Positions 49,568-62,484 of a DNA stretch of 64,000 bases are shown here, piece by piece. Source of the DNA: Lama glama (lineage: Eukaryota); NCBI GenBank assembly GCA_028534125.1, contig CM052816.1:67768001-67832000 (forward strand), written 5' to 3'. The notes below the pieces were generated by a model. It saw nothing but the letters and a program-made list of their open reading frames with translations. It did not search any database and was not told where the DNA came from. The translations under genes were made by a program, and so were the position numbers. Position 1 is the first letter of the stretch; each line of letters opens with the position of its first letter.

Positions 49568-49867
49568 TTGAGAAGCACTGTGTTAGATCACAGGAAACTA
49601 ATCGAATAATTGGAGAGCCGGCCTTCAGCCCTCAATGCCTGATTCTATACTCTCCCCATGCTACCAACAGTGAGGGTCAGAATAAGTTTAAGAGAACCAT
49701 TCCTTCAAAATTTAAAACAAATTTACCAAAGTTAAGCTGAGACATTTCACAGACACAGAAAAGTACAGAAACTAAAGTAGTAGACCATCTGTAAACCTAC
49801 TATTTAGTTTTAAAAGATTTTAATTTGAGAATTTTTGCCATATTTGATTCATCTCCCTTCCCCCCAA

Positions 49868-51355
49868 AAAATTATTGTGATAAAATATACATAACACAAA
49901 AATTACCATTTTAACCCTTTTGAGTGTATAATTAGTGACATTAAGTATATTCACATTGTTGTGTATCACTTTTCATCTGAAGAATTTTTTCATCATCCCA
50001 AACTGAAATTCTTTACCCATTAAACAGTAACTCTCCCAGCTTTTGGTAACCTTTGGTTACCAAATACTTTATAATTTGGCTATTCTAAGTACCTCATAAT
50101 TGGGATCATACAGTGTTTGTCCTTTTGTGACTGGTTTATTTCACTTAACATAGTATTTTCAAGAATCACCCATGTTGTAGCAGGCATCAGAATTTCATTC
50201 ATTTTTACATCTGAATAATATTCCATTCCATGTATATACCACATTTTGTTTATCCATTCATTTGTCAATTGACATTTAGGTTGTTTCCACCTCTTGGTAT
50301 TGTGAATAATGCTGTTATGAGTGTTGGTGTACAAATACTTTTTCATCCTTGCTTTCACTTCTGTTTAACCATATACTGAGAAGTGAAATTGTTGGATCAT
50401 ATGATAATTTTTTTTAATTTTTCGAGGAACCAGCATATAGTCTTTCACAGAGGCTGTACCATTTTATACTCCTACCAGCAATGCACAAGTGTTTCAGTTT
50501 CTCCAATCCTCACCAACACTTCTTGTTGTTTTTTAATAATCATCATCCTGATGGACATGAAGTGGCACCTCATTGGGGTTTTGATTTGCATTTCCCTAAT
50601 GATTAGTGATGCTGAACATCTTTTTATGTGCTTGTTGCCCATTAATATACCTTTTTTGGAGAAATATTCAGGTCTTTTGCCCACTTTTAAACTGGATTTG
50701 TTGTTGTTTGTTGTAAGAGTTCTTTATATTTGCTAGATATTAATCTCTTATCAGGTACTGATTTTAAATATTTTCTTCCATTCTTTGGACAACCTTTCAC
50801 TCTGTTGGTAGTATAGTTTGACAAAATTTTAAAATTTGATGAAGTCTAATTGCCCACTATCACCACTCCTTTTCAACATAGTCCTGGAAGTCCTAGCCAC
50901 AGCAATCAGGCAAGAGAGAGAAATAAAAGGGATCCAAATTGGAAAAAAAGAGGTAAAAGTGTCATTATATGCTATTTTTTCTTTTGTTGCTATGCTTTTG
51001 GCATCATAGCCAAGAAATTGTTGCCAAATTCAATGCCATGAAGCATTTTCCCTGTATTTTCTTTAGAGAATTTTGTAGTTTTCATTTTCATGTTTAGATC
51101 TTTGATCAATTTTGAGTTAATTTTTATATATAGTATAAAGTATGAGTCTGACATCATTCCTTGCAAGTGGAGATCCAATTTTCCCAGCACTGTTCATTGA
51201 AAAGATTATCCTTTCTTCCCTTGAGTGGTTTTGACACCCTTGTCAAAAATTATTTGATCATATATAAAGGAGTGTTTATTTCTGGGCTCCCTAATCTATT
51301 CTACTGTTCTATATGCCTGTCTTTATTCCAACAACATACTGTTTTGATTACTGTA
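49868..51355 (-). mobile_element. L1MB-type LINE (ORF2 3' part plus 3' UTR)
   Basis: ORFs 50080, 50472 and 50990 translate as L1 ORF2 fragments; antisense 3' UTR 'ataaaatatacataacacaaaattaccattttaacc'. Confidence 0.9.
50851..50973 (+). mobile_element. Internal L1 ORF2 RT-core fragment inserted opposite to its host L1
   Basis: Open frame [41 protein letters not shown]; no poly(A) and no TSD seen. Confidence 0.85.
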
Positions 51356-51554
51356 CAAAACATTTTTTTATCTATCTAAAGATGAAAAGAATTACAGGTA
51401 GAGCAGAGCTCTCTTTATCTCTTTCTCTCTCTCTCTCTCCCCCGAGAAATAACCATTTGTGAAGTTGATGTGCATAATTTCCATGAATGTTTCCATTTAT
51501 ATTTATGCATTTATAACTTATTTTGTATGTTTTAAGTTTTTACTTAGATACTAG

Positions 51555-51905
51555 TGCTCTGGTCTGAGTATTGGTGACCCACCTCCCTCAAATTCACGTG
51601 AAAATCCTAACCCCCCGGATGATGGTATACCGAAGTGGAGCCTTTAGGAAGTGATTAGGTCCTGAGGGCAGAGCCCTTGTGAATGGGATCACAGAGGGTC
51701 CAGAGAGGTCCCTCACCCCTTCTGTGTGGGAACACAGCGAGCATTTGGCAATGCGCAGTCTGGAAGAAGGCCTTTACCAGAACCCGACCATGCGGGCACT
51801 GCGACCTTGGACTTTCCAGCCTCCAGAACTGTGAGAAATACTTTTCTGTTTATAAGCCACTCAGTCTGTGGTATTCTGTTGTAGCAGTCTGAAAGGATTA
51901 AAACA
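51555..51905 (+). mobile_element. MLT1A-type MaLR LTR
   Basis: 'aaattcacgtgaaaatcctaacccc...gactttccagcctccagaactgtgagaaatac...tttataagccactcagtctgtggtattctgttgtagcag'. Confidence 0.9.
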
Positions 51906-53001
51906 ACTTGCACACTAAACATAACCTTTTCCAGTTTGCTTTTCCTCATTCAACAGTATATTGAGACTTATCCATCCTGAAATGTGTACATCTAATTCAT
52001 TCATTTTATTCACTGTATGTCATTCTGTTGTGGTCACATTGAGTCAAAATATTTAAATCCATTTCTCCAATAAGGGCTAGTCAAGTTGTTTCTAACATTA
52101 AAAAAATAGCAAACAGCACCGCCACAAATGTTTTTGCACGTGTCTCATACAAACAGAATTTTTTCTAAGTTTGAAAGCTAGTAGTGGAACTATTGGTATC
52201 ATAGAATAGGTTGGGAAATGGTACCTTTTAACACTGTACCCTGGACATGCAAGACTGAGGTGGATGTAGGCAGTAAGGGACTATTTATTGGAACGATTAC
52301 TGGTGACTTGATGAGATTATGTGTATAATTTCTGCTAGATTTATTCTAAGGGCTGTTGCTGTTTTTTTGTAAAGATGTGATGATGGATGGGTCTGACCGT
52401 CTGTTGTCATCGTTTGATCACGTGAATGAATCTTCTGGGAAGCAGGCCTTCCGGTGGACCACTGCCAAGCCAGGCCTTACAACTTCCCAAAGGGTCTTGT
52501 CCCTTGTTACACAATTTGAGACAATGATATTCTAAATCCAGTCAAACTGGTTTCAGACCTCTGAAATGGTAAATACAAAGGTCTCCTCAATTTTTAAAAG
52601 TAGTTTTTAAGTCAGGCATATGAATTAGGATTGAGAGAGAGAGAGGTGATTATAGAAGCAGAGAACTCAGAGGCTGAAATCAGTTAACATTTTACTTCTC
52701 CAAAAGTGTCTTTGGTAGAGGGACTACATGAAGGACCTTATTCTTCACCTTTAGCCGGAAGTTACTGATCCAGATGCTGAGCCAGCACACAAAACTGTCC
52801 TCTCACCTGGATGGTTGGTGGTCAAATGGTGGGAACTGATCAACTATCAATCCACTTTTAGGATTGGCCTCCACCATGAGTTCTTTGCAAGGCATTCTTT
52901 AGACTTCATTAAGTGATTTTATGTTACAATAAACATCACATTCCCTAACATTCCAAACCAGCCAAAGACAACTAAAATAAAACCAGATAAAACCTGTCCT
53001 G

Positions 53002-53372
53002 TGTAGAGAGTAGGATGGTAGTCACCAGAGGCTGGGAAGTGGGGGGAATGGAAGATATGGATCAAAGGGTACAGACTTTCAGTTATAAGATGAATAAGTT
53101 GTGGAAACCTAATGTATAGCATGGTGACTGTAGTTAATAATACTGTTATATACTTGAAATTTGCTAAAAGTAAATCTCAAATGTTACTGTGTGTGTGTGC
53201 ACACACATACACACCAGAAGAGGTAACTATGGGAGGTGATGGATATGTTAATTAGTTTGACTGTAATAATCATTTCATAACATAAACATATATAAAACAT
53301 TACTCTGTATATCTTAAGTATATATAATTGTTATTTGTTTTAAATAGATAAATTTAAAAATTAAAAAAACAA
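53002..53372 (+). mobile_element. L1MA9-like 3' UTR
   Basis: 'caaagggtacagactttcagttataagatgaataagtt...atgtatagcatggtgactgtagttaataatactg...ggtaactatgggaggtgatggatatgttaattag'. Confidence 0.85.
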
Positions 53373-53542
53373 AAAGATTTATCCTGTTTAAATTATGATT
53401 TTTAATAATATTGCTATTGGCTTTTATAATTCTATAGATTTGACTGAATCTTTTTATTGTTCCACCCCTAGGTCAATTGCAACAGAGAATACAGTTTTTA
53501 TATATAAAAATCAGACCAAAATCTTTAGAAAGTAAAATAGAT

Positions 53543-53861
53543 TCTCTGTCTATGAGTCTATTTCTGTCCTGTATTTACACTTTGTTTTTGTTTGTTTGTT
53601 TGTTTTTGTTTTTGTTTTGGTTGCCAGGGGGGCAGAGGGTGGGAAGGGATAGACTGGGATTTCAAAATTGTAGAATAGATAAACAAGATTATACTGTATA
53701 GCACAGGCAAATATACGCAAAATGTTATGGTAGCTCACAGAGAAAAAAATGTGACTATGGGTGTGTATATGTCCATGCATGACTGAAAAATTGTGCTGAA
53801 CACTAGAATTTGACACAACATTGTAAAATGATTATAAATCAATAAAAATGTTTTTAAAAAA
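53543..53861 (+). mobile_element. Young L1 3' end with 5' inversion (twin priming)
   Basis: 53543-53618 antisense, 53619-53861 sense plus A tail; TSD agaaagtaaaatagat (53527-53542) / agaaagtgaaatagat (53862-53877). Confidence 0.85.
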
Positions 53862-54009
53862 AGAAAGTGAAATAGATATTCAAAATCTAAGTCATTGAAG
53901 TTGCTAGAATACATCATTGCTGATCCTATCCCCCATCAAGTTGAATATTTTTTATCTGAGAAGGAAGTAGACCTATCCATGATGCAGAAGGCCATCAGGA
54001 GATGTCTCC

Positions 54010-54255
54010 ATTAGAACTAGAGATCACTGGTTTGAGTCAAAAGGCCACAGCTAGGGTCGAATCCTGGTTCTGTTGTTTACGATTTGGATGGTCTTGGGTG
54101 AGTCTCAGCTTGTCCAGTTCTCAGTGTTCTTATCTACTAAAAGGTGATAACAAAACCATACTTACTTCAAAGGACTGTTCTGAGGATTCGATGAGATGGT
54201 GCATGGAACAATTGTTGAAGGACTGTAAGATCTGCAAATCATCACTTAAACATTA
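54010..54255 (+). mobile_element. MIR SINE
   Basis: 'ctagggtcgaatcctggttctg...ggtcttgggtgagtc...tcagtgttcttatctactaaaaggtgataac'. Confidence 0.65.
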
Positions 54256-54676
54256 ATGGTCCGCTTGTAGTCACTGCATGCCCAGGTCCTGAGCAAGAGT
54301 AGCACATGTGTTACATATTGATTCTATTATAGGTATGAAATATCATGTTCTACTGTTCTCTTGTTTTTCTCTTTTCTATAAGTTTTGGATTTTTGCCTGC
54401 TTCAATTTTGCTAACCATGATGCAATTCATGAACCTAACCCAAACAGATCGATAAGGGATTAAATTCAAATTGGGGCCAAAACCTTGGAAAAACAATCTG
54501 TCTGAGGAGTGGAGGTTATTTTACTTTTTTGCTTGGCTGAAGTTTAACCAGTAGTTTCAATAAAACATTCAAGAGTTTTGAGATAAAAGCAGTTAAGGAT
54601 CACCAACTGTTCATCCTATGAAATTTAAATGTTCTCAGATTTTGGCCGAGGGCTGAGCTCAGATTATAACTCATCA

Positions 54677-55147
54677 TGTTACCGAAGGCAAGTTCATGTG
54701 CCTGCTACACCATGAGGCCAAATAAACTGAAACATGAGTTTGGAGTGGAGAAATGTTCATTACAGGGCTGAGCAAGGAGAATGGGGGGGCTCATGCCCAA
54801 GGAAACCCCAAACTCCCCGAAGGGTTTCAGCAAAGCATATTATAAGGCCAGGTAAGGGAGGAAGGTCCCAGGTACATGATCTGCTCATGTACAATTCTCT
54901 GATTGGTTGATGTTGAGGTAACAGGGCGGTTAGCACTGTCAACCTCTGGGCACCAGAAGATCAGGGGACCACATGATCTTGATCATCAAGTTCACTTCTT
55001 CCCTTTGGTGGTGGTTTTAAGCATCCGAAAAACTCAGGAGATATACATGAGATAGTATTATCTGGCTACTTCAGAGAGGAGCTACAGCAGAGGATATAGC
55101 AGAGGGGCCTGACTGTGAAAGGCCCCAGAGGGTCCTGTTTGGTTACA
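54677..55147 (-). mobile_element. ERV1-class solo LTR (MER41-like)
   Basis: Minus strand tgtaacc...ggtaaca inverted termini; CCAAT (accaatcaga), TATA-like (cttataatat) and degenerate poly(A) signal in LTR order; flanks atca/gtca (3 of 4 match). Confidence 0.8.
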
Positions 55148-58100
55148 GTCACAGCAATCTGTGCCTAGGCGGCGATTGTGGTCCTGACAAATAGATACAA
55201 ATTTTACTAACCCTGGAAGTTATTCATTAGATGTGACAAACACAGAGCTCTCTGAAAATGAACAGTACAGATATCACATGAAACACGACAAAGGAGAAAT
55301 CATGACAAAACATGGGGTGTTTGGAGAAGTCAGTTTGGAGAAATCAATTTTGCCAACCATCCTCCCCTACTCACACCAGCCAGCAAAGATCTATGATTCA
55401 AAACAGGATTTCCTGTATGCTACCAGAAGCATCTGTGGCTTCTTTTTTTTTTTTTTTAACCAGTTCTTTTAAATGTCCCCATTTGGGCCTTTCAATCTCT
55501 TGCATGCATTTTCCCCAAGCCCTACATGTGATATGTGCCAGCTGTGCCTTGCCGAGGGGCATCTGACCAAAGGGAAGAGTGAAGGCTGGAATTTAGCCAT
55601 GCACCCACACAGGGTTGCATGCACTCTGAAAAAGGGGGCCTTTTCCTAATTTGCATCAAGTACTATGGCTAGCAGAAGCTCTGCCGTCTTCCTCAATGTC
55701 TTTCTTATCCACATTCTCCCGCATACCCTATTTTCCCTTCTCGGCCTTTAAGCTGCCTCACTGCCATCCATCAACTCGATCTCCCTCTAGAGAGCCTCTT
55801 CCCCTCTCTGCCTCTCCTGCTGTCCCACAGGCCATCCCAAAGCTCCCTCACCCTCTTGTTTCCAAAGAACCTCTTCTAACTTGAATACCTTTTATAAGAC
55901 ATATTCAAATGCATTTTTATAGCATCATTCAGAGTGCATGAGATAAAACAAACCACTGGTTCAGTGTGTTGATTTTCATGACTATAAAAAATATTTAGAT
56001 GATGAAAGCTGGGTTGAGTTGAAATGTAAAATTATCAAAAGCAAAACAGGAAACAAGTGTTTGCTCAGCCAACCATTTCCTACTGAGGGCTGCCTGTGAA
56101 CCGTGGTCTATGAAGGGTTCACTGTTCAGCCTTCAACAGATTGGAGTGATCCGTGGGGAGAAACGGCATCAGAGCCGAGGGCTGCATGGACATGCACTTG
56201 AGCACCAGGTCTCTGAGCTGCTGTGGAAAGGCAGGCTGTGATGCCCTGCGTGTCTGTGTTGAAGAGAAGTCTTTGAAAGCTATCTTTTTAACAGGATGAA
56301 TGTGAAAGCCACTGGGAGGGAAAAAAAAACAAAAGGCAGCACAGAACTGCCACTTGAGCGCTGCTTCCTGCCCATGGCTCTCTAGCTCTTTGCTGACGGT
56401 TATTCTTAGGCCTTCTTGGCTTCAAAGGTTTCCTCTTTTCTATTTTTGGGAGCAGAATATGGATTTAGATCTGCATTACCCCTCTCCATGCCTAATCCAT
56501 GCCCCGAAAAGAGTCAGGCTGCTGTTTTCTGTTAGGGATCAGTTCTCTTCCTTTTCAGCACCTCCAAATGATTTTTAATATTAAGGACACAGATTTATGG
56601 GAAGGAGTCATTGAGTTTTCAAACTGATTTGTAGTCTCCTAATGTGCACATTCCTTTCGCCAGCAGGGGCATCTCAGAGATCATCTCCAGTAACCGGGTC
56701 TTGACTTCTGTGATGAGTGAGAGAATCCAGGTTGGTGAAACAGATGGCCATTGAATGACCAAAATGTAAGCAAAGATGATTTGCATTGGAGGAACATGTA
56801 ACTGACTAAGCACAATCCCATTTTGAAAATAAATATCTGATGTCTATAATCTAAGATTAGTTTAATCTGCATGGACTGCAGGAAAAAGCTACAAGTTTTT
56901 GGAATGCTCTGGAATGCTGAGGACCCTGACTTGTGCAAAAGAAAACACATTGTGCCAGAGCAACATCTCTAATTTCATGGATGTTTAATTTCATTCCCTC
57001 CAATCCTATTTCTTGAGTGACTTCAGTTTTTTCTGGTTTTCCAATCACCTGCCTTTGCTGGCCCACGAATAATAATAACCTTGGGTGGATTAGGTTGTCT
57101 TTTATATCCAGATAACTTTTTTTTTTAAGTGCTAAGCCCTCGAGTCCTCCTATAAAAATATGGGGCCGCCCACTTGGCTGAAGGCAGAGCTGGGGCTCAG
57201 GAATGCTGCCCTTTAAGCCCAGCTGCCTCTGTCCACGTGGTCTTAATCAGGGTCTCCCTCAGGGCTTTAAAAGGGTGACAGTCTTACACTTGGGGAGGAT
57301 TATTGTGGCAAGTTGTAAACTGAAGCATCCAGCCAGTGGCCCCACCTTCCCAAAGATATCCACACGCATCTGGCTGACCCTCACAACCATTTGGAAACCA
57401 CAAGCCCACCCTCCATGAATATTCTACTTGTGCCATTGATTTTATTTTGTTTTGCAAAAAGCAAAAATGAACAGAGGTGTATTAGGATGGGGGGTGAATT
57501 TTAAGAATTTATCCTAGGCACTTTGCAAATGGATAATTGACAAGGGAAAACCCTCCAAATCTAGGCCACATATTGGGTGCCTCCCTTAACTTTCCTCCAG
57601 AGCATTTTTACCCTGGGGAATATTTTAGGGGTTATTTTAAATGTGTCCCCGTGTCAGCCTTGTTCAGAAAGAGAGCATTGTGTCTCCCAAGAGAATGATG
57701 ATTTGCTCTTTCTTTTTTTTTCTTAGTGGAGCAAAATGCTAACTTTTAATAGATGATCTAGCCTTTTCTGTGCATAATATGTCCTCCCTCAGAATTCCTA
57801 TGCAAATATTCAAACTCCTGGGCTGGGAAAAGGTTAAAAGGAACTGAAAATGTCTATAGTGGCTCTTTCTGAGATACACTCCGACACTTGGCAGGATGAG
57901 GTGTTCATAGCAGGTGCTGGATTTGCTATAAATGGACAATTTATAAACAGAGCTGACAACTGGGAAAACAGAGCAGTGGGGAATGCTGGCATTCCAGGGG
58001 CCAGCGGTTGATTTCCTATCAGATGGTCCTTAGCATGGAATTATTGATAGCCGCTGCCCTGAAAGAAAGCTAGTTGGCTGACACGTAAAAAGGCTGTACC

Positions 58101-60139
58101 TCAATTCATGCCTGATCTGTAGCTAGGTATTTTAAATAGGTCAGTGCAAATTAGCTTCTTCAGGTTGGTACTTTCTTAATTAGCAATTTAATTGCAAAGT
58201 CTTCTCCCCCTCCACTTTGACTGCATCTAACCCTCTTCCACCACTGCAATTGTGAGGACTGGGACCTGGGTAAAGTCAGATAGCCTGAGGGCAGTGGAGG
58301 AGGATTCAGAACAGACTTCAGTGCCCACGGCCAACAAAGAACCTGGCTAAGGCAAGTCATGTGTGCAACCAAGGGCAGCATTTTGGGCCACGTGCCCTGG
58401 GGGAGAAAGGAGCAGGGCCTCTGTGCACTGAGCCCTCTCATTTCTCTTTTGCGATCTGTCAAGGGCTGCCAGTTCACTAGGTCATTCCTGAGACCCTCAG
58501 CAAGATTCTGCTTTCCAAGTATTCTCATGGTAAATTCCAATGATCATATCCATAATTGCCATTGTTCTTGTTTTTTTCGGAAAACTTCCCCCCATTGAAA
58601 AGTTTAGTGGTGAAGAGATGGCATTCAATGGCATTGCTCTGTATATATCTGCACCCTTGTCTTGGTGCCAAGTTCTGCTCAGAGCTCGTGGAGTGGCCAT
58701 ACCTGTTTGTTCCAGCTATAGAAGTGGTTTTTCCAGGAGACATTTATTTGGCCCGGGTCTCTACTTTTCTCCCAACCACACCCTATTGTTTTTCTCTTCA
58801 GAGGAACAGACTGAGGGCCTGATCCTGCAAAGACCTTTGACTTCCCTTATAAGGAGTGAAAGTTACACAGGCCTGAGCTTAGGTTATTGAACTGGCTGCA
58901 CACCCAGCACAAGGCTTGGCCTGGACCTGAGGGCTGTTGGAGTGTAAAGCACAGGACTTTGAGGGAATCCAGAATGGGGACTGTGGTGCCACATAGTGAC
59001 AAACCCACAGGGATTAGAGAGAGATCTGAGGCATTGAGGCAACTGATACTTTTGTTAGAGGTGGGAAGTCTTGTCTGTGAGTGGACACTCCTAAGCTCTT
59101 GCCTCCAGGAATCTCTGCTTCATCAATTGTGAGCTCTTTGGCAAACCTTTCTGAGCATCTATTTACAAAGAACTGTACTGGGCCAGTACTTTCAGGCAGA
59201 AGTTTATCATGTGCACCATATTTTTGTGAAAGGATAATAAATTGGGAACAGCAAGGCATGTAAAAGTCATGGATAAAGAGGGAAGGTTCTAGAAGTGCCC
59301 AGGAAGGTGTAGGGGCTGGTGGGTGAGGGAAGGATTGATGAGAAAGGTGGGACTGAAGTGGGGCCTTGGAGAGTAGGAGCATTTCAGTAACTAGAAATGT
59401 GAAAGGGAGACTTTCCAGGTGGGGGGATTCTGTGCTGAGAGCCCTGCTGGAGGAGACGGCCCCTGAGCTTGGGAGGAGAGAAAAGAAGGTCCAGGGAGGT
59501 AAGGCTGAAGGGTCTCAGGGAGTTTGCAGCTCATCTTGCTGGCCCTTTCTGACCAGGTAGGTAGCTGAGGACAGCAGTATGTCAGGAAGGTGAAGGCAGA
59601 GGAGAGAGTGGCAGTCACTGCGGGAGGACCTCGGCGGGCCCAGTCTCAGCGTGGCCAAGGCTCAGTCTGCAGACATTTGTGGACTGTGTGGTGACTCCTC
59701 CTAAGCTGCTTGCATAAGTGGAGCCCTCCTTCCTCCCTTGTGGTCCCTGCTCACCATCTGACTGGGCAAGGGCCATATAAGCTTCTGCTTACAGAGTTTC
59801 CCCACAAGCCCAGAGCCAAAGCGAAACAAAGGCAGATTCATTTTTTTTTTAAAGTTCACTGCTTGACTCTTTCTCATTCATTCTTAGATTCCCATTAATG
59901 TGGCCCTGATTGATTTGAGGGCTTCCTGGACATTTGGACAATTGCTTATTTCGTAGCTAACTCAGATGGTCATCTTTGGGCTCTGGGAGCATTTGCTCAG
60001 CTTGACACACGGTTAAGAAAGCCACATATCTGGGGTGGGGGTGGAGTTTGCCCTGGTCAGGGAGGGCTCACTACTAACACCCCTGGGAAGAAATGAGTGT
60101 GGAACCCTCTTTCCTGATACATTTTCCCCCATTTTCTGA

Positions 60140-60460
60140 CACTCCAATGTGTGGCCTGCAGACAAACAGCTTGAGTATCACCTGGGAGTTAGTTAAAAAT
60201 ACAGAATCTAAAGCTCCACCCTAGACCTATTAGATCAGGATCTGAGAATTTTGCAAGAAGGATTCAGATGCACCTAACAGGGTTTGAGAGGAGCTAAGGG
60301 TCACCTGTGAAGCTTTTAAAACATCCACTGGCATGTTGTCTAGCCCAGACAGATTAAGTCCAAAACTCTAGAGATAGAGTCTTGGCCCTGGTTTTTTTTT
60401 TTTTTTTTTTTAAAGTTTCCAGATGATTCCATGAGCAGCCTGAGTTGAAAACCACTGGCC
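60140..60460. mobile_element. Two adjacent MER5-type MITEs
   Basis: 'atcacctgggagttagttaaaaatacagaatct...gtttgaga' then 'tcacctgtgaagcttttaaaa...ccagatgattccatgagcagcctgagttgaaaaccactg'. Confidence 0.7.
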
Positions 60461-61263
60461 TGAGTTAATCACTCTGTTTCCAAGGCACCAAATTCCCCTC
60501 GTGTTGTAAAACAAAGCACCACTAACCTTTTAGTCATAGATCCAGACAGAGTGAAAATAATGCTAATTAGGCTCTATCCAGAAGCCTGTTAGGAAAGTCC
60601 TGGCCAAGAATAGATGCAACCACTGGGCTCACTTGAAAGTGTCATGACAGGAGCTTGTTTAAATTCCTAGTCTTGGGTATTCTCTTCTGGCTTTGGAGGG
60701 TGGCTCCACGGAGAACCTGGATGGCGGTTGCCCTTGACCCTAGTCTTGAAATCTAAGGAGATGGCTCCCAGGCCCGTGCCCTGAGGAGCCGTGTTACTAC
60801 CTATTGACAGCAGAAACACGCTGAGGAATTCAGAGTATTGAGTTTTTTCCACACAAATGCTCACTTTCAGAAAACACACAGACATTCAAAAGCAGCAGTT
60901 TTCCACCAATCCTCAGGCTAGGGTAGATGTCAAATTTTAATAACTATCATGGTTATCTCAATACCTTTTCTTTCCCATTGGGGCCTTTCAGTTTCTTGAC
61001 GCCAGAGTGCTTCACTGGTGAATTTCAAGTCAGCCCAATTTCCCTTAATTCGCTGCTCCCCACCTCCCTCTACAGCTCTGCCATGATATCAAGGATCTTC
61101 CATCAGCTTCCAATCTGGAGCCAATCTTGGTCAAGGCTTGGAAGGTATTAATAACTCTGTTCCTTCTTCCTGTCATTTATGTTTGGGTTTGTGATTGGTT
61201 CATTATACATATGTACATATAAATATAAATATATTTATAAAAACATATATACTGAAATAATAA

Positions 61264-61265
<2 letters not shown>

Positions 61266-61313
<48 letters not shown>
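61266..61313 (+). repeat. (AC)24 microsatellite
   Basis: Perfect dinucleotide run. Confidence 0.97.
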
Positions 61314-61315
<2 letters not shown>

Positions 61316-62484
61316 AAAATGTGTCACAGGTGTTTGTGAAATAGGCTCCAAGTCCAGAAATAAACATTATTGCTTCCACTGAAAGGTAAAGGACTGCCTG
61401 CTAATCACCCAGTGAGGTTCCTAGGCTGCCAGTCCTGGTGGCTCCTTCAGGGATGGCAGAACACTTACTGCTCTCTGGAAGGAAATTCATGAGAAAGATC
61501 AGAGGATTTGAGACATTGCTGCTGTCTATAAAAGACTTTATAATTTGTACCTTGCTGTGCTCCTAGGCACTCTCGTTCTGGTGCTTGAAGTTGGGATGCC
61601 TTCTGCCCAGACAAGTAGCTTCATGGACTATTAATTACGGAATTAAAAAGCCTAAACCTTCTCATTTTAAAAGATAATAAAATGTTTAAAGGTATGTAGC
61701 TTATAAGTCTATTTTATTTTTTGTCTTTCCATTTATTTCCACTTTATTGCCTTCTCTTGTGGGCTGGCTGACTGGCCAAGCTGAGCTAATTACTGCCCTA
61801 TTGTTTTTGGACGACTAGGTGACACCAAGGCTATTAATGAGTCAATAAACAGGCTCCAGAAGAGCCTGGCTGCTTTCCTCTTGCCCTGTCTCTTGTTAGG
61901 CACGTTGTTCTGCTGTGGCAAATCTGTGCAGATGGGCACCATGAAGTTGGCTGTTGATATGGCTGGGAGCACTGGTAGATAGAGAAAATATCAGAGTGGG
62001 CAGAAACTCCAGAGACCAGGACAGTACAAGAGTCAAGAAGATCACCATAATGGGGGAAGGGAAAGGGGGGAATTCCAAAGTGAGAATTCTACCCTATGTT
62101 CATTAGAAAAGTGTCCACCCTCTGATCAAGACCCATGGCTTACCTAGGATTGAGCCAATGTTAAGTTGACTCATATAAATACACACACCTGAATGAGAAT
62201 GAAACCCAGCAGTTATATGGTGTCTATGAAAAGTGAAATGTTAAAGGGTCAGAGTAGGTCTCTCTTCTTCTGATCTTATCATTACATCTAAACCATTCTT
62301 AAAGTGAAATAAAATGTAGCAAAACTTTTTATCCTTGCTGTTTTTAAACTTTATAAAATAAAGACTGATCATCCTTTTTTTGAGGAATAATATAGTGCCT
62401 ATTCACGTAATGGCACTTAAAAAGAAGTGAACAAAATAATTGTTGTTTTCTTGATAAAACTCTATTTGAACCATTGATGAAGGA

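Noticed and set aside
61790..61975. Exon-like minus-strand segment after ctctatctaccag
   Set aside because: No donor or recognisable peptide found
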